64,000 nucleotides of DNA from Epiperipatus broadwayi. Lineage: Eukaryota; Animalia; Onychophora. The notes under the pieces are model-generated. The model saw only the letters and a list, made by a program, of their open reading frames with translations. It was not told where the DNA came from and did no database searches. Every line of letters starts with the position of its first letter. Within the stretch, counting starts at the first letter, position 1. The stretch covers positions 26,474,001-26,538,000 of the forward strand of contig JAQFVV010000003.1 in assembly GCA_028023455.1 (NCBI GenBank), in the 5' to 3' direction. The position numbers and the translations under genes are program-made. Positions 38,708 to 51,236 of this stretch are shown piece by piece.

Positions 38708-39394
38708 TATGGCAGAGAAAAGAATATTAAATGAGTTATTGGATGAGAATGTACTAATTGGTTTAGGAAGACTGTGAATAAGCAGCTCAGGAGTAGAAAA
38801 ATGAAGTTGACTTCCTGAATATGACACTCAGAGAAAAAGGGCGAGAGATAGAGAGGTTGGAGAAAATGATCTGGTTTGATATATCAGATTTGCAATTTGG
38901 CAAATAATTAGTGATGTTTTCACTGAAAAATTATTGTAAACATGGAATGTGATCAGTTGATAATGTGCCTAGGGTGTCAAATACCCTAATATCACTGGAT
39001 ACTGTGTTAATATTATATTTGATTATGGTTTTTATCTATCTAGATAATTTGTGTCATCATACTGGTTTTTCAATAGAATACAATATATATGTAAGTATTT
39101 GTTATTTAAATTTCCTTTAATTTCTTTTAAAAATGCACTTTAAAGAATTTGAAAATTATTATTTACATTGGGTTTTTTTTTAAGATAATGAAGTTATTGA
39201 TTTTTTTTTTTAATTTTGTTTAAACTTGAAAGCACATTTGCTTGTAGTGTTATAAAAATTGGATTTTTTTTTCTTTCATTAATTTTATTTCTATGATTTA
39301 TAAATAATTTGCTTATAATGTCTCTCTTCTGTTAACTTTTTTTTTTTAAAAAAAAAAAGTCAAATTTGACAGATTTTTAATCACTGACACAGAT

Positions 39395-39660
39395 TCAATA
39401 TATATTATACACCTATACCCCGCTTAGCGATTGACTATTTAGTGATATTTCACAATAGCGATCATCATCAATTTGCACTCACTACTTCGATATACAATCG
39501 ATTTTTCACTATAACGATCGGGAAAAAATTGTAAAAAAATTTTTTGGGGGGCAGCCATCTTGAATTTTGCGTCACTGATGACGTCAGAGAACATGTATAT
39601 TAAATTCATTTTACCCAAAAGCAAAAGTATCTTATTGTAATATGTATACAGATAATGACT
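39395..39660. other. CpG-rich short island, probably a non-autonomous DNA/Helitron-like element
   Basis: Abrupt CpG enrichment, with GCAGCCATCTTGAATTTT and TGACGTCA. No termini defined. Confidence 0.35.
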
Positions 39661-39842
39661 TTGCTGTGATTGTATACACATACAATATTTTATTCATAAA
39701 ACACAATGTTAAGGCTGCATTCAGTATTTTGAATATAGAACGTATAAACTTAAAATATCTATACTGTATACATCATATATAATAACACAGCAAATGTTCA
39801 TCCACTTTTTTTAAAATATATATATATGTTCTACAATAATAT

Positions 39843-40160
39843 CAAATTAAAAATCCTCCTTTTTCTTTTCAAAAACTTTATTTTCTTATCTTAATACTGA
39901 ACATATACAGTATATATATTTATATATTACAAAACTCCAATGTTTCAACATTGATTTGTAATTAAATAATGTAAAAGAAAGAGTAATAAAATATAGCAGT
40001 GGGAGAGAGATATTCTTGAAAATGACTATATGAAGATAAACAGTTGAAACATTGGAGTTTTGTATTATATAAATACTGTATATACAGTATATATATATAT
40101 GTTCAGTATTGAGATAAGAAAATAAAGTTTTTGAAAAAAAAAAAAAGGATTTTTAATTTG
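39843..40160. repeat. Inverted repeat, about 110-bp arms (39843-39949, 40043-40160)
   Basis: CAAAACTCCAATGTTTCAAC versus GTTGAAACATTGGAGTTTTG, extending outward with indels in TA and A runs. Confidence 0.85.
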
Positions 40161-40178
40161 TTGATAATACTGTATACA

Positions 40179-40287
40179 TATAAGTGTTAAATGTCTTTAG
40201 AAAAATTAAACTTTATTTAAATATAATGTACAGTACTTGGATTATTTAAATAAAGTTTAATTTTTCTAAAGACATTCAACACTTATA
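40179..40287. repeat. Small hairpin/MITE-like palindrome, about 44-bp arms
   Basis: TAAGTGTTAAATGTCTTTAGAAAAATTAAACTTTATTTAAATA versus its reverse complement, with one mismatch. Confidence 0.85.
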
Positions 40288-41989
40288 TTAGATGATGAAA
40301 TACTCCAATATATAAATACAGTACAGGACAACTAAAATACCATCATCACAAACTTTCAGGAAAATACTAAATATGAATATTAAACTGTGTGGGTGTGTTT
40401 CTTAATTACGATAGTTATTGATTTTGTAGCTTCATTAATAAACATGTTGTTTACACTCAAGTTGTTTCAAATCAAAACAAAAACAACATTTTAAAATGCA
40501 AATGTCGATAAACAGATTGTACTGTATTTAAAATAAAGGCTAATGAATTTCTTTCTACATGAAAGGGGGAGGGCACTATTAGATTACTAAAAATACTGTA
40601 CAGTATTTATTAAGATTCCAACAATCAACTTATAGCAAATATAAAATAAAAGAAAAATAAACTTAGCATATGTTTTTAGAAAATTAGTACAATTGGGGTT
40701 TTTTTCTTTTAAAATAAGTTGAATTTTTTTTTTTAAAGTTGACCGATTTACTTGTACAGTAATAAGTCTTTATATTCAATTAAATAATTTATAATTAAAC
40801 ATTGTTTTTTAATTTGAATAATTTCACATAAGTAATAAACATAAATGTACAGTAATATGTACTGTAATACAAATTTTAAAAAAATGCACATCAGTATGGA
40901 TTTTTTTTTCATTACGATGAAAAACTTCTGTGGAAGAATATAAAAACTCTTAAATTCAAATTTAGTTTCACTTTCTCTTTCTTTTTGCTGTACTGTACTT
41001 TTTAAACAGTGAAAATATGCATTTTTTCCTAGTGATATAAAACTTTTCTTTTTAGATACCGTATTTAATCATCATTGTCATAAAAAAATCAAGAAAATCT
41101 TTGAGCTTGGAAACCAATGTGGATGTTTTCTGTCGTCTGGAACTGACCAATTTTTTTTCCATAGACCTCCATTATAACTACGTATTACATATACGATATT
41201 CTTTCTTAACGGTGAGTTTTGGAAGACCAATTGCCATTGCTAAGCAGGGTAATGGTGTAATTCATTGGTTAACAGTCTTCTAATCATTTGGCAGTTATAA
41301 CCATATTTTCTTCTATTTGGTCTTTTTATTGCTCTTCATCAGAATCCTCTCTCAATCATTTTTATTTTTTTCTTTACAACCATTACAATATTTTCTAGAC
41401 CCCTCTTTAAAATTTTTTAACTTTTGAAATATTCTATTATAAAATTAGGATTTTCTCCCCTAAGTATTAAGAAAATTATCTTCTCTTCCTCCTTACTTGT
41501 TTCAATGTTTGTCATGTTTTTACTTGTTTGTCATATATTTTTAATAGGATATTTGAAACTAAATACTTTATCAATCTTTTTTTTTTTCAGTTTTATTATC
41601 ATTTGTTTTGACCACAAAATAAATTATTAAATTATTTCTTTTGTTATAATAGTGAAATATGAGCTCTTTAAAATTTATAATATTGCTCTAAATTCGAGAT
41701 TCATGAATAAATTATGTTGAAAAAATAGCTAATAATACTCCATTGCCTAATTTCTCTTTCTACCTTTGAGCAGAAATTAATAGAAAAAAAAAACATTTTA
41801 AAATTCAGATTGGCTGTGATTATATTATTGTAAAAAATTAGTATAGATGTCTGTAGAGAGAGAGAAAAAAAGAAGGAATCGATGAATTTTTTTTTAAAAA
41901 AAATAAGATTTATTTCACAAAAAACGACTGAGTTTACACTGAAACAGAATAAACCTGCAGGTCACTATTAAGAAACAAAAAAAATAAAC

Positions 41990-43905
41990 ACAAGGCATCT
42001 TGTGAGTCCTGTCATGCAGTGAAAATATCGCTCAAGGTCGATGCTCTGGGAGAGTTCAAGCAAATCCAGGTGAACTCACCTCTGAGGCGAATGCTCGGTT
42101 TCCCACTGGAGACATAGCTGCCTGAGGACAAGTACCACCGGAAAAGGCTCAATCATTCGTTAATGCTATTTGGACCCATATATCTTTATGTAATTGGTCA
42201 GGTGCCAATGCACTGTCTCTTATTTTGGTTTGTTGAAGCAGCTTGATGAAGATGTTGTGGACTGTGGAATCGGACGTTCTGAAAATCAACTTACATCTTG
42301 TCAACCAGACTGCGAATGTAAGGAAAACGGAGAGTCTGATTGAAACAAAGTAACCTTGTTTAATGGTATTGGTTACAGATAGGGCAGTTCTGATGTCAAG
42401 GGTTACTTTTCCCATTTATGAAGATTCTGACTGGGGATAGTACCAGGCAGATATAAAGCAGATGAGTGAAGGACTCATCAGCTAAGTTACACAGTTGACA
42501 CTGGAAGCTAAGCCTTGAAACTTCTTTTGTACTCCAGAAATTGACTTGTAGGGAGTGAATCGAGGTTTAACTTCAGGATAAAATCGATGTATTTTGACTC
42601 CAAATACCAGTGCTTGGCCTTTTTAACAAGTAATCTGTTGTTCGCTTTTAATGTGGTGGGCAAGGATCCTGGTTGGGATGCTTGAGGTTGTATACTTACC
42701 AGAAAATTCTTTTTTCATTCAGATAAGGTCTTTGCAAACATGTCTCCAGAGCCCAGCCATCCAAACACTGGATAGTGGAGGCAGTGTGCCCATGGGCTGA
42801 ACTGAGACTGGAAGATTTAGTTCCGGCTGTTTCAGGTATATAGAGGTTAAAGCCGCAATAGACTTCTGAAGATACAGGGTGGCAACCGAGTGCAAGCCAA
42901 GTCCATTCTGCTCTCTAGGTCTTGAACCTTAACAATGCTGATGGCCACCAATCTGCCTTTCCAGAAGAGTTTGGTGCATTGCGAGTTGATCAAGGTCTCA
43001 AAATGCTTTGTGGGCCTGATGATCAGAAAAAAGTAGCTGAGTCTAGGAAATACTAACATGTTTAAAAGGGCTACCTTGCCTGGCAGTGTCAATATTACTT
43101 TCGATAGCAACTCTACCATCTTCTTGGTTTTGGCCAAAAGAGTGTTCTGTATCTTATGGGTCATTGAAGGTTTAGACATAAAGATTAGAAACCCCAAAAA
43201 GGTTGGGACTTTGCCAAAAACATTGAAGGGAAGGATTTTCCTGATCTGATATTCCACACTGAAGATTTTGCAAAGTTGCTCTGGAAGTTAAGTCTGTTGG
43301 CAAAGGTATTAAGTATATGTAGCAGTATCGACAGATAAGACACATTGGGAAGGAAAATGGAAACATCATCAACAAAGGTGATGTGATGAATAGTGTGCTT
43401 TAAATCCGGACTATATATACCAGACAACTTGGCCTCCAACTCCTTCAGAAGCGGATTCATGTAGGTAATAAAGCAAAGAGTCACCAAAGGAAAATCTTGG
43501 AGAATTGATACATGAGATCTGAATCTCTCTGACAATTTTCCAGCCAAAGAAGTGAAGATGGATCTATTAAGCAACAAGTTGCCTATGATTCGGATGAAAA
43601 CATCCAGTACTTGGTAATCTTGCAGGATTTGAAGCAGCTTTGCGGGGACTACCTTGCCGAAGGCTGAGGAGAAGTCTATTTGAATGATGATGGGTTTGGA
43701 TTTTTGACATTTTCTGACATGCTCAACTAGAAGGAGAAACTTTTGGACTGCATCAGTGGTCAAGGTTCCTTTCCGGGCAAATTGAAACTCAGATATATGG
43801 GTGTATAATTGGTCCTGGATACAATCTTTTACTATTTCTTCAATTAGTTTTATGAGGATTTGAACAATTTTTACTTGAAAATTGATAACTCTTCTTAGCA
43901 AAAAT
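41990..43905 (-). mobile_element. 5'-truncated decayed L1/Tx1-clade LINE
   Basis: RT: IQIDFSSAF, LQDFPL, HITFVDD (ORF 43185-43901). L1-type post-RT motif: LTLPGKVALLNMLVFPRLSY..LFWKG (42847-43257). The C-terminus (42149-42415) is homologous to ORF 57728-58351. Confidence 0.88.
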
Positions 43906-44737
43906 GTAATGACAAGTAATGAACATCAAAAAGTTTGCTGTGCCGATATTTAAAAAAAAAAACAATAGAAAAACTTGCTATAGATTAATGAAAAAATATT
44001 AATGGGAGCCTTTTATCTGCATTGGATTAATTACATTTATAAATAAATAGATGGATAGGTATCAGAAAAACAGATTGGTGGAAGAGAGAACATAGTTGGG
44101 AAATAGACATATATATGGATGAATGAATGCATGGATAAATAGAACATTCTCATTATTATATTTAAAATAGACTTATGCTAAGAAAAATTTCTTTTAAAAA
44201 GTAATGGTTAGACATAGTACATGATTTGGAATTCTTATCTAAAATGAATTTCTGTGCTTTTTTTTATTTAAACAATTGTTTCATAGCCATCCTAGCAAAC
44301 ATCCAATATTAGATAGCTAACTATTGTTCCAGGAAATTCCATGTAATTTGCATATTTTTAACAGTGAAAAGATAAATAAATTTAGCATTCTTCACTACTG
44401 AAGAGAAATCATACATCATTAAGTGGGATGTTCAACTTTTGAGCAAACAATTTTGGGATATTAATCTAAAAAAAAACTGAGACAAAATCTAGAAAATCAA
44501 GGTTTGATTTATTTATTTTTCTATGCAATATTTTTGATTTTTATGTATATTTAGGTATATCTTAATATATTGTTTTAATTAGATTAAATAAAGTAGATCA
44601 GTCAATCAATAAAATATTATTACTAAATAAACATCAATTAATTAATAGAACATAAACATCAATTAATTAATAGAACATAGCCTTCTATAATTTTTAAAAC
44701 TATACTGGTAATAAATAAAATTCTTGAAATAAAATCA

Positions 44738-45443
44738 TTTTTTATCTTCATTGCTATGAGGCATGTTATTTTTAACTTGAACAAATAAATTGTTAAATTG
44801 ATATATTAAAAGGATTTTGAACCCAAACTTTCAAACTCCCCACAATCATTCACTCTATCCAATATAACCAATACACATGGCCACGTGCATGTGAAAAAAA
44901 TAAATGATCTCCAATGTATGTATTTCATACTGAACCAGTCTTTATCAGTTGGTTCAGATCATCATCTCTTACACATATATATAATCAGTGCTCAGTTTAT
45001 ATTAAGATAGCAAACCTACACACTTTAATGGACAGGATTCAATCTTCTCCACCCTTCAGCCATCCATTTCACTAAAAATCTGATGATGGAATGTTCCAAG
45101 TCTTTGATGATTTTCAGCGATATGGACGGCAGAAAAGTGAAAAGGATTGAAATTTGTCCATTAAAATGTGTACTTTTGCTATCTTAATATAAACTAAGCA
45201 CTGATTATATATGTGTTGGGGGGAGATGATGATCTGGACCAATTGATGAGTGCTGATTTAGCATGAAATATATATATTGGATATAATTTATCTTTTTCCA
45301 TGTATGTGGTCATGTGTTTCAGTTATATTGGATAGAATGTGGGGAGTTTGAAAATCTGGGTTTAAATCCCCTTTAATATATCAGTTTAATAATTTATTTG
45401 AAAAAGTTAAAAATAACTTGTCTGATAGAAATTAAGATAAAAA
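44738..45443. repeat. About 700-bp imperfect fold-back palindrome, about 340-bp arms and a 28-nt loop (45081-45108)
   Basis: For example ATAATCAGTGCTCAGTTTATATTAAGATAGCAAA versus TTTGCTATCTTAATATAAACTAAGCACTGATTAT; the symmetry holds throughout with scattered substitutions. Confidence 0.88.
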
Positions 45444-48400
45444 TCATTATATTAATTTTATTAATAATGGTATAATTTTTAATGAAATCAATAATGAGAA
45501 TATTGTAATGAAATATATTAATTGATCATTTATCTGTTTAGAATGGCTTCATCTTCAAATTATTTCAAAATAGTTCTAGTATTATTTATATGTGTATATT
45601 AATTAACAATGTTTTAATTTAAATTTAAAAAAATTTCAAAGACATTTAATGTCATTAAATTATGTATATATGCTAATTAATTCATAAAGATCAAAGCTTC
45701 TTATCAAGCTAGTAATAATTTTATAATATATCTGTTTTATTAATATTAATTAAATCAAATTGAATACACCTTACCCCACTTAGCAAGAATAATTGCTCTC
45801 TCAAAACTCATTGTAAAGTAAGAAGATCACATAAAAAGCAAAGATATAATGGTTTTCTATGGGGGAAAAAAAAACTCATGATATATATGTATTATGCATA
45901 TATGCACTTAATATATATATAAATAAAATAATGCTGCCTAAATCTATATAAAATAAAAAACAAACACACTTACTTAAAGTTGTTCTTTCTATAATCCATT
46001 TATTCAGCGTTCATTATAATCCATTTTTCAGAATCATCAGTTACTCATTCTAAGGGTCTATCATTGTCTTTTAAATCTTTTAACAATCATGTTTTTTTGG
46101 AGGAGTACACCAAGTGTTGATGGCTGATTATTTCTAGAGAAAAAAATTTAAATGAATGGTTAACTTGCTTCTTTGATTTTCTCTTCATATAATATATTAT
46201 AAGGTCTCATTGATTGATTTAAGGCATTTTTAGATTTGATGGAGTGTTCTAAATCAAAGTCAAAATCATTCAAAGGACTGGCTGTTCATAGCCTCATGAT
46301 GCGAAATCAGTTTCGAGATTTTCTCTCTAGCTTGATTTTTTTTTCTTCATCCAATTGCATTAATTTCTGGTTAGTTAATTTTTTTTGTGTGGCATCTTTA
46401 TCTAAAGCATGATTCTGTATTATTTATTGAAGTTAGCAAAGGTTGTGATGATTCTTTGATGTGTAAGTTGCTGCTATGATTCCAATTGAAAATGTATATA
46501 ACTGTAAACTTAAAAAAAAATTTTTTTTATATTACAGAAAAAAAAAGTTATTTTACTATGCAAATGTACAAAAAAAATGGATTGAGAAAGGGCGAGTAAG
46601 CTAGTAATTGACAATTTTTTGTATTTTCCTGCAAAGTTGTTAATTATTATGCTGAAAAAAAGCCCATGCTGAAGTTTTTTTTAATTCATAGCTTTATATT
46701 ATTTATTGAAATTATTTAGAATTAAAAAAGCATTGTTTAATAATGTCTCATTTAACTGTACTATTATGACCATAAAGATTTGTTATTTATTAACAGTGTA
46801 AGAATAGCCAAATTATAGAACTGTACATTACAGAATTGTAATCACACAATCAATTTGAAAATATAAAAATTCTAACATATTAAAAAAGAAAAAAAGTGGT
46901 TCTAATGCATTGTATTTGCATATTGTAATCGATATTTAAGGTGTTTTTTTTTTACAATATGTACTATGCAGGTCTAAATAAACAACACTTTAGATGCAAC
47001 TATTATTACTGTGGCATTTTTTTTTTTTTTTTTGAAATGACAAATTTTTTGAACATTGCAGTACTTGTGAAGGCAGATATATGAACTGTTTAAGTAAATA
47101 TTAAAAGTATGAATCTAATTCAATTTATTTGTGTTGCATTTTCATCATACATATTTTATTATTAACTGCATGAAATTATGCTCGTATATTTTTTAACTGC
47201 AAATACATATACACTAATAGTTTTGATTTGATTGAAATTAGCATTCACAAAGATTTTAATTCAAAATTGATTGACTAAATACTTTAGCTAATATTTACTG
47301 TGTACACAATTTAAAATTAAATATTAATAGTATATGACCAAAATTTATTTTTATTTTTTATGCTGAATAAAAGTTTCTTTTTTTTTTTTGTTTCTATATT
47401 TTTATACATTAGCAGTAATGTCCACTATTCTGAAACAAATTATGAGATACTTTAAAATTGAACAAGTAGATTAAATATTACTTTTAATTTAGATTTAGTA
47501 ATTTTTGATCATATAGAGTTCATCAATACTTGCATTATTTCATGAAACCACTTTTTCTTTTAAAATAACAATTACAATAACTAAATTAGATTAATGTAAT
47601 TTTTGCTGCAAACCAAATAATGTTCATAAGAATTTTAATCCACAAAAGTAAGTAAATACAGTATTTAAATTACTGTACATATTTTAAAATTTAATAATAG
47701 ATTAATATATTTGGTTGTTGTACATCATCAAAATGTAATTTTGTTTATTTATTACACTGAATGAAATACTTTTGGGGGGGATTTTGTAATTGTTAATGAT
47801 GAAAATTTTTATTTTTAATATGTCATTAATAATGTACTGATTATCTTGCAAGGATGCTGGATGAAAAAATACTGTATTATACATTATTATAGTATATTTA
47901 GCAGAACTATCAAGAGATGGGGGATAAATATTAAATATTAAAATGAAAGAAATTTTGAATGAGTATTTATTAAGCATAATGGAAGTATGAAAGATATATT
48001 GGAAGTGATTAACAGGAAATAAAAAAAATAGAAGGGAAAAAATTTTTTGTCCTAGATATTTTTAAGAATATTATTTTTATTATTTAAAAGAAAGTGAAAA
48101 AGAATGTGTGGAGTTTATTTTAGAGACAATTATATTATAATATGCCTATATATTTGTAAAGGGCCAATAATATCTGGTAGGGGTGATGACAAAAAATCAA
48201 TAAATAAGAGATATATGATGATATTTAGCATCATAGTTTGCATTTTGCAATTAAACATAGCAGAATGTTAACTTGTAGGTAAGTGTAAAATTATATTAAT
48301 TAATTTTTAAGCTATTGATAATGATCAAATCAAACTTTTCCAGATGCATCATGATGTAGTCTATTAAAGATAACTTTTTATTTATACAGGATACTAGTAA

Positions 48401-48653
48401 GAGTCACAATATTGTGCATCATCTTTAGGATGAAGAACTGTTCTGTGAATTTAATCTTAACTTTTCTATATTTTTTATTAACTCTTCTCTATTATGCTTC
48501 AGAGTATTAGATAACATAAAACATAAATACTGAGAATGACAATCATACATATTAATTACTCTTAACTTTTTCTGTCTGATATACATTTCATTGTGGAATA
48601 GATAGTAGTACTTCAAATACTTGTCTTAAAGTTATTTTTATGGTTATCTATAG

Positions 48654-49996
48654 CAGTGGTCTTCAACCTTTTCACACCTGCAGACCGCCAAAAATAACGA
48701 TAAGATTTCACAGACCGGCAGAAGTTTACAGATAAATTAAATTTTCTTAAAGATGTAACCTGCTTATGGTGTTGTTTACTTTCACATGCTGAACACTCTT
48801 TCTCGAGTTGTGCAGTCATACTGCTACAGAAAACAGTACATTCTCATTAATGTGCCTGCATTGCTATGTTTATTATTTCATTGTTAAAACATGCAAGAAT
48901 AAAATGTTTTTCACCTGAATGTTGGTAAATATCACAGCTAGTATAATTACATGACAATGATTATGATAAATGTAAAATCTGTATTCAATGTTAAATATAC
49001 AAGATGAAGGGATGAAGTTATATACATATATGGAGGTTGTCTTTTGATAGTAGTAAGGGCAAAATAGAAATCATGTAATTAAAATCACTACAGCCAAAAA
49101 AAAAGTCGCCATATTTTAATTCTGAAAAAATAAAATGAAATGTAAAATTCTGAAGTATTGTTGTTATTGAAATTTTTTTGTGCTGGTGTGTTGAAAGGAT
49201 CAAAAAATGTAATTAATAGAAAAAGTTTTTTTAAAAAATGGCAAAATAAACATCGCATAATAGAAATAAAGCCAAAAAATAAATAAATCGCTATATAGTC
49301 GCTGTCTTTTAAAAAAAAAGACAATGAAAGTTGAAAAAGTCAAAAGTTTTGAGCTTATTTTAATTTTTTTTTTTGGGGGGGGGGGGAGTGGATTAAGAAA
49401 TACTTTGTCTTCACTGAGAAAAAAGATAGAGACCAAAGTTATTTTTTGTTAGTTTTTATTTTTAAAAAAAGGTCACAGAAATTGGTTTTAAAAATAAATG
49501 TTTTAGCATTTTAGCAGTATACAAATAAAGCCTAAAAAATATTGCCTTATATGCCAGAAAAAAGTGGGCTTATTTTTAAATAAAAAAAAAAGAAAACAAA
49601 ACTTGAAAAAGTCAAAAGTTTTGATCTTATTTTAATTTGGGGGGGGGGGGGTATATTGAGAAATACTTTGTAAAAGTTAGAGAGAAATTTTTTGGCTGTT
49701 TTTCTTTTTTAAAAAGGGTGATAAAAATTGATTTCAAAAATAAAAGTTAAAGCCCAAAAAAAATTGCCATATAGCCAAAAAAACTAAAAATGAAATATTA
49801 AAAGAGGAGGGAGTAGAAAAATTTTGTTTTTGTTCTGTTTCTTTTTTTTAATCAGGTAAAAATGCGATGTAAAAATAAATAAAAATTGTTTATATTAATT
49901 AAAAGTTTAAAATATTATTTTGTTATTACAAACTTTTTTGCCAGTCTAGCGCAGACTGGCAGAAAACTTCTGCGGACCAGTGGTTGAAGACCACTG
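48654..49996 (-). mobile_element. Second copy of the hAT MITE, opposite orientation, 1343 bp
   Basis: Same 15-bp TIR; exact 8-bp TSD ATCTATAG (48646-53, 49997-50004). Interior homologous to 35350-36563, with an additional internal duplication around 49325-49780. Confidence 0.93.
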
Positions 49997-50739
49997 ATCT
50001 ATAGCATTCATTTGACAGTTTTATATTTATTTGACAGTAAAAACTAGAACTAAAATATGTATTGATTTGTTAATTTAAAAAAACCTCTAAAGGTTAATAT
50101 CATATAGAAAACCTAATACAAAAGGTCAAGAATTGATAGTTTCTTTGTTCCCAAAGTAGTGACTGTGTGAGCCCATCTTTTATTAGTATCTTGAAGATGA
50201 AAGTCATATATTGTCTAAAGTTTGTTTATATATTTATAATTATTTTGCAAAATATTGGTGAAATATTTATTTTTTTAAGAAGGATATAATGTTTAGATTC
50301 AGATTTTATTCAAAAGTATTTGTTTTTTTTTAGGAATACAAGTCAAGAGATATAATTACATTAAACAGGAAGCATGATTGGCTGAAAAAATAATGTCTCT
50401 GTCTGTCATAGTTATTATTTTTTGTCATTTTTTAAAAATAATTATAAGTGGAATTTTGAATCTTAAAAGTTAATTTCATTGCTTTATACATTTTTTACAA
50501 AAAAAATGTTTTGGTACAAAAATGAAGTCTAAATAAAATTTATTTAATTCATATACATTTTTATTAACAATGGTGAAATAATGAAAACTAGTCTATAATA
50601 TTTGATTGAATACAAGTATAATTTATATAAATAGGCAAAACTCTCCATATAGTAGTGCCACTCAGTGCCAACCAGAGTAATCAATGGATGCCAGAAGGCT
50701 TGTGCTTAAAATCCCCATCTAGTGTTTACTCATCCAATA

Positions 50740-50781
50740 TCTCCAGACTAGTTTCTGGCTTGTGGCCTTCGTCAGTGAGGA
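50740..50781 (-). ncRNA. Minimal type-I hammerhead motif, core intact; predicted cleavage between 50746 and 50745
   Basis: Minus strand: TCCTCA CTGACGA A GGC-CACAA-GCC A GAAA CTAGTC|TGGAGA, with one stem I mismatch. Confidence 0.72.
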
Positions 50782-51194
50782 GCTTTGGATCTGAAACTAC
50801 TGCACCTAGATTTCAGGATCTAATGCAACCCTCCAGCAGCCACTTTTTATCTCTACTTAACTACAAAACTATGAGAATTAAATTGAAAACAATAATATTT
50901 TCAATCTAAGCTCAATAGCTTATATAGTCATATGGGTCTGAACCCAGCTCAGTACCCATACATTTTGGTGTTTTTGGCTCTTTAACAATCATAGCCACCA
51001 CTATCCTATTAGATAGGATTGGTGTTAAACCATTAAACATCATGTGATCACTATTTCTTATGCTAGCACATAACTGTTATTAAAACAGGCAAAACTCCCC
51101 CATGCAGTAGTGCCACTCAGTGCCAACCAGAGTAATCAATGGATGCCAGAAGGCTTGTGCATAAAATCCCCATCTAGTGCCTACTCATATAATA

Positions 51195-51236
51195 TCCCCA
51201 GACAAGTTTTTGGCTTGTGGCTTTCGTCAATGAGGA
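51195..51236 (-). ncRNA. Hammerhead motif with core substitutions (likely inactive)
   Basis: Minus strand: TCCTCA TTGACGA AAGC-CACAA-GCCA AAAA CTTGTC|TGGGGA. C3 to U and G12 to A change conserved core positions. Confidence 0.6.

Noticed and set aside
39575-39595. CTGATGA as a hammerhead core
   Set aside because: No stem II, GAAA or cleavage triplet follows.
45960-46520. Coding-like stretch on the minus strand
   Set aside because: Multiple stops in all frames and no motif I can name.
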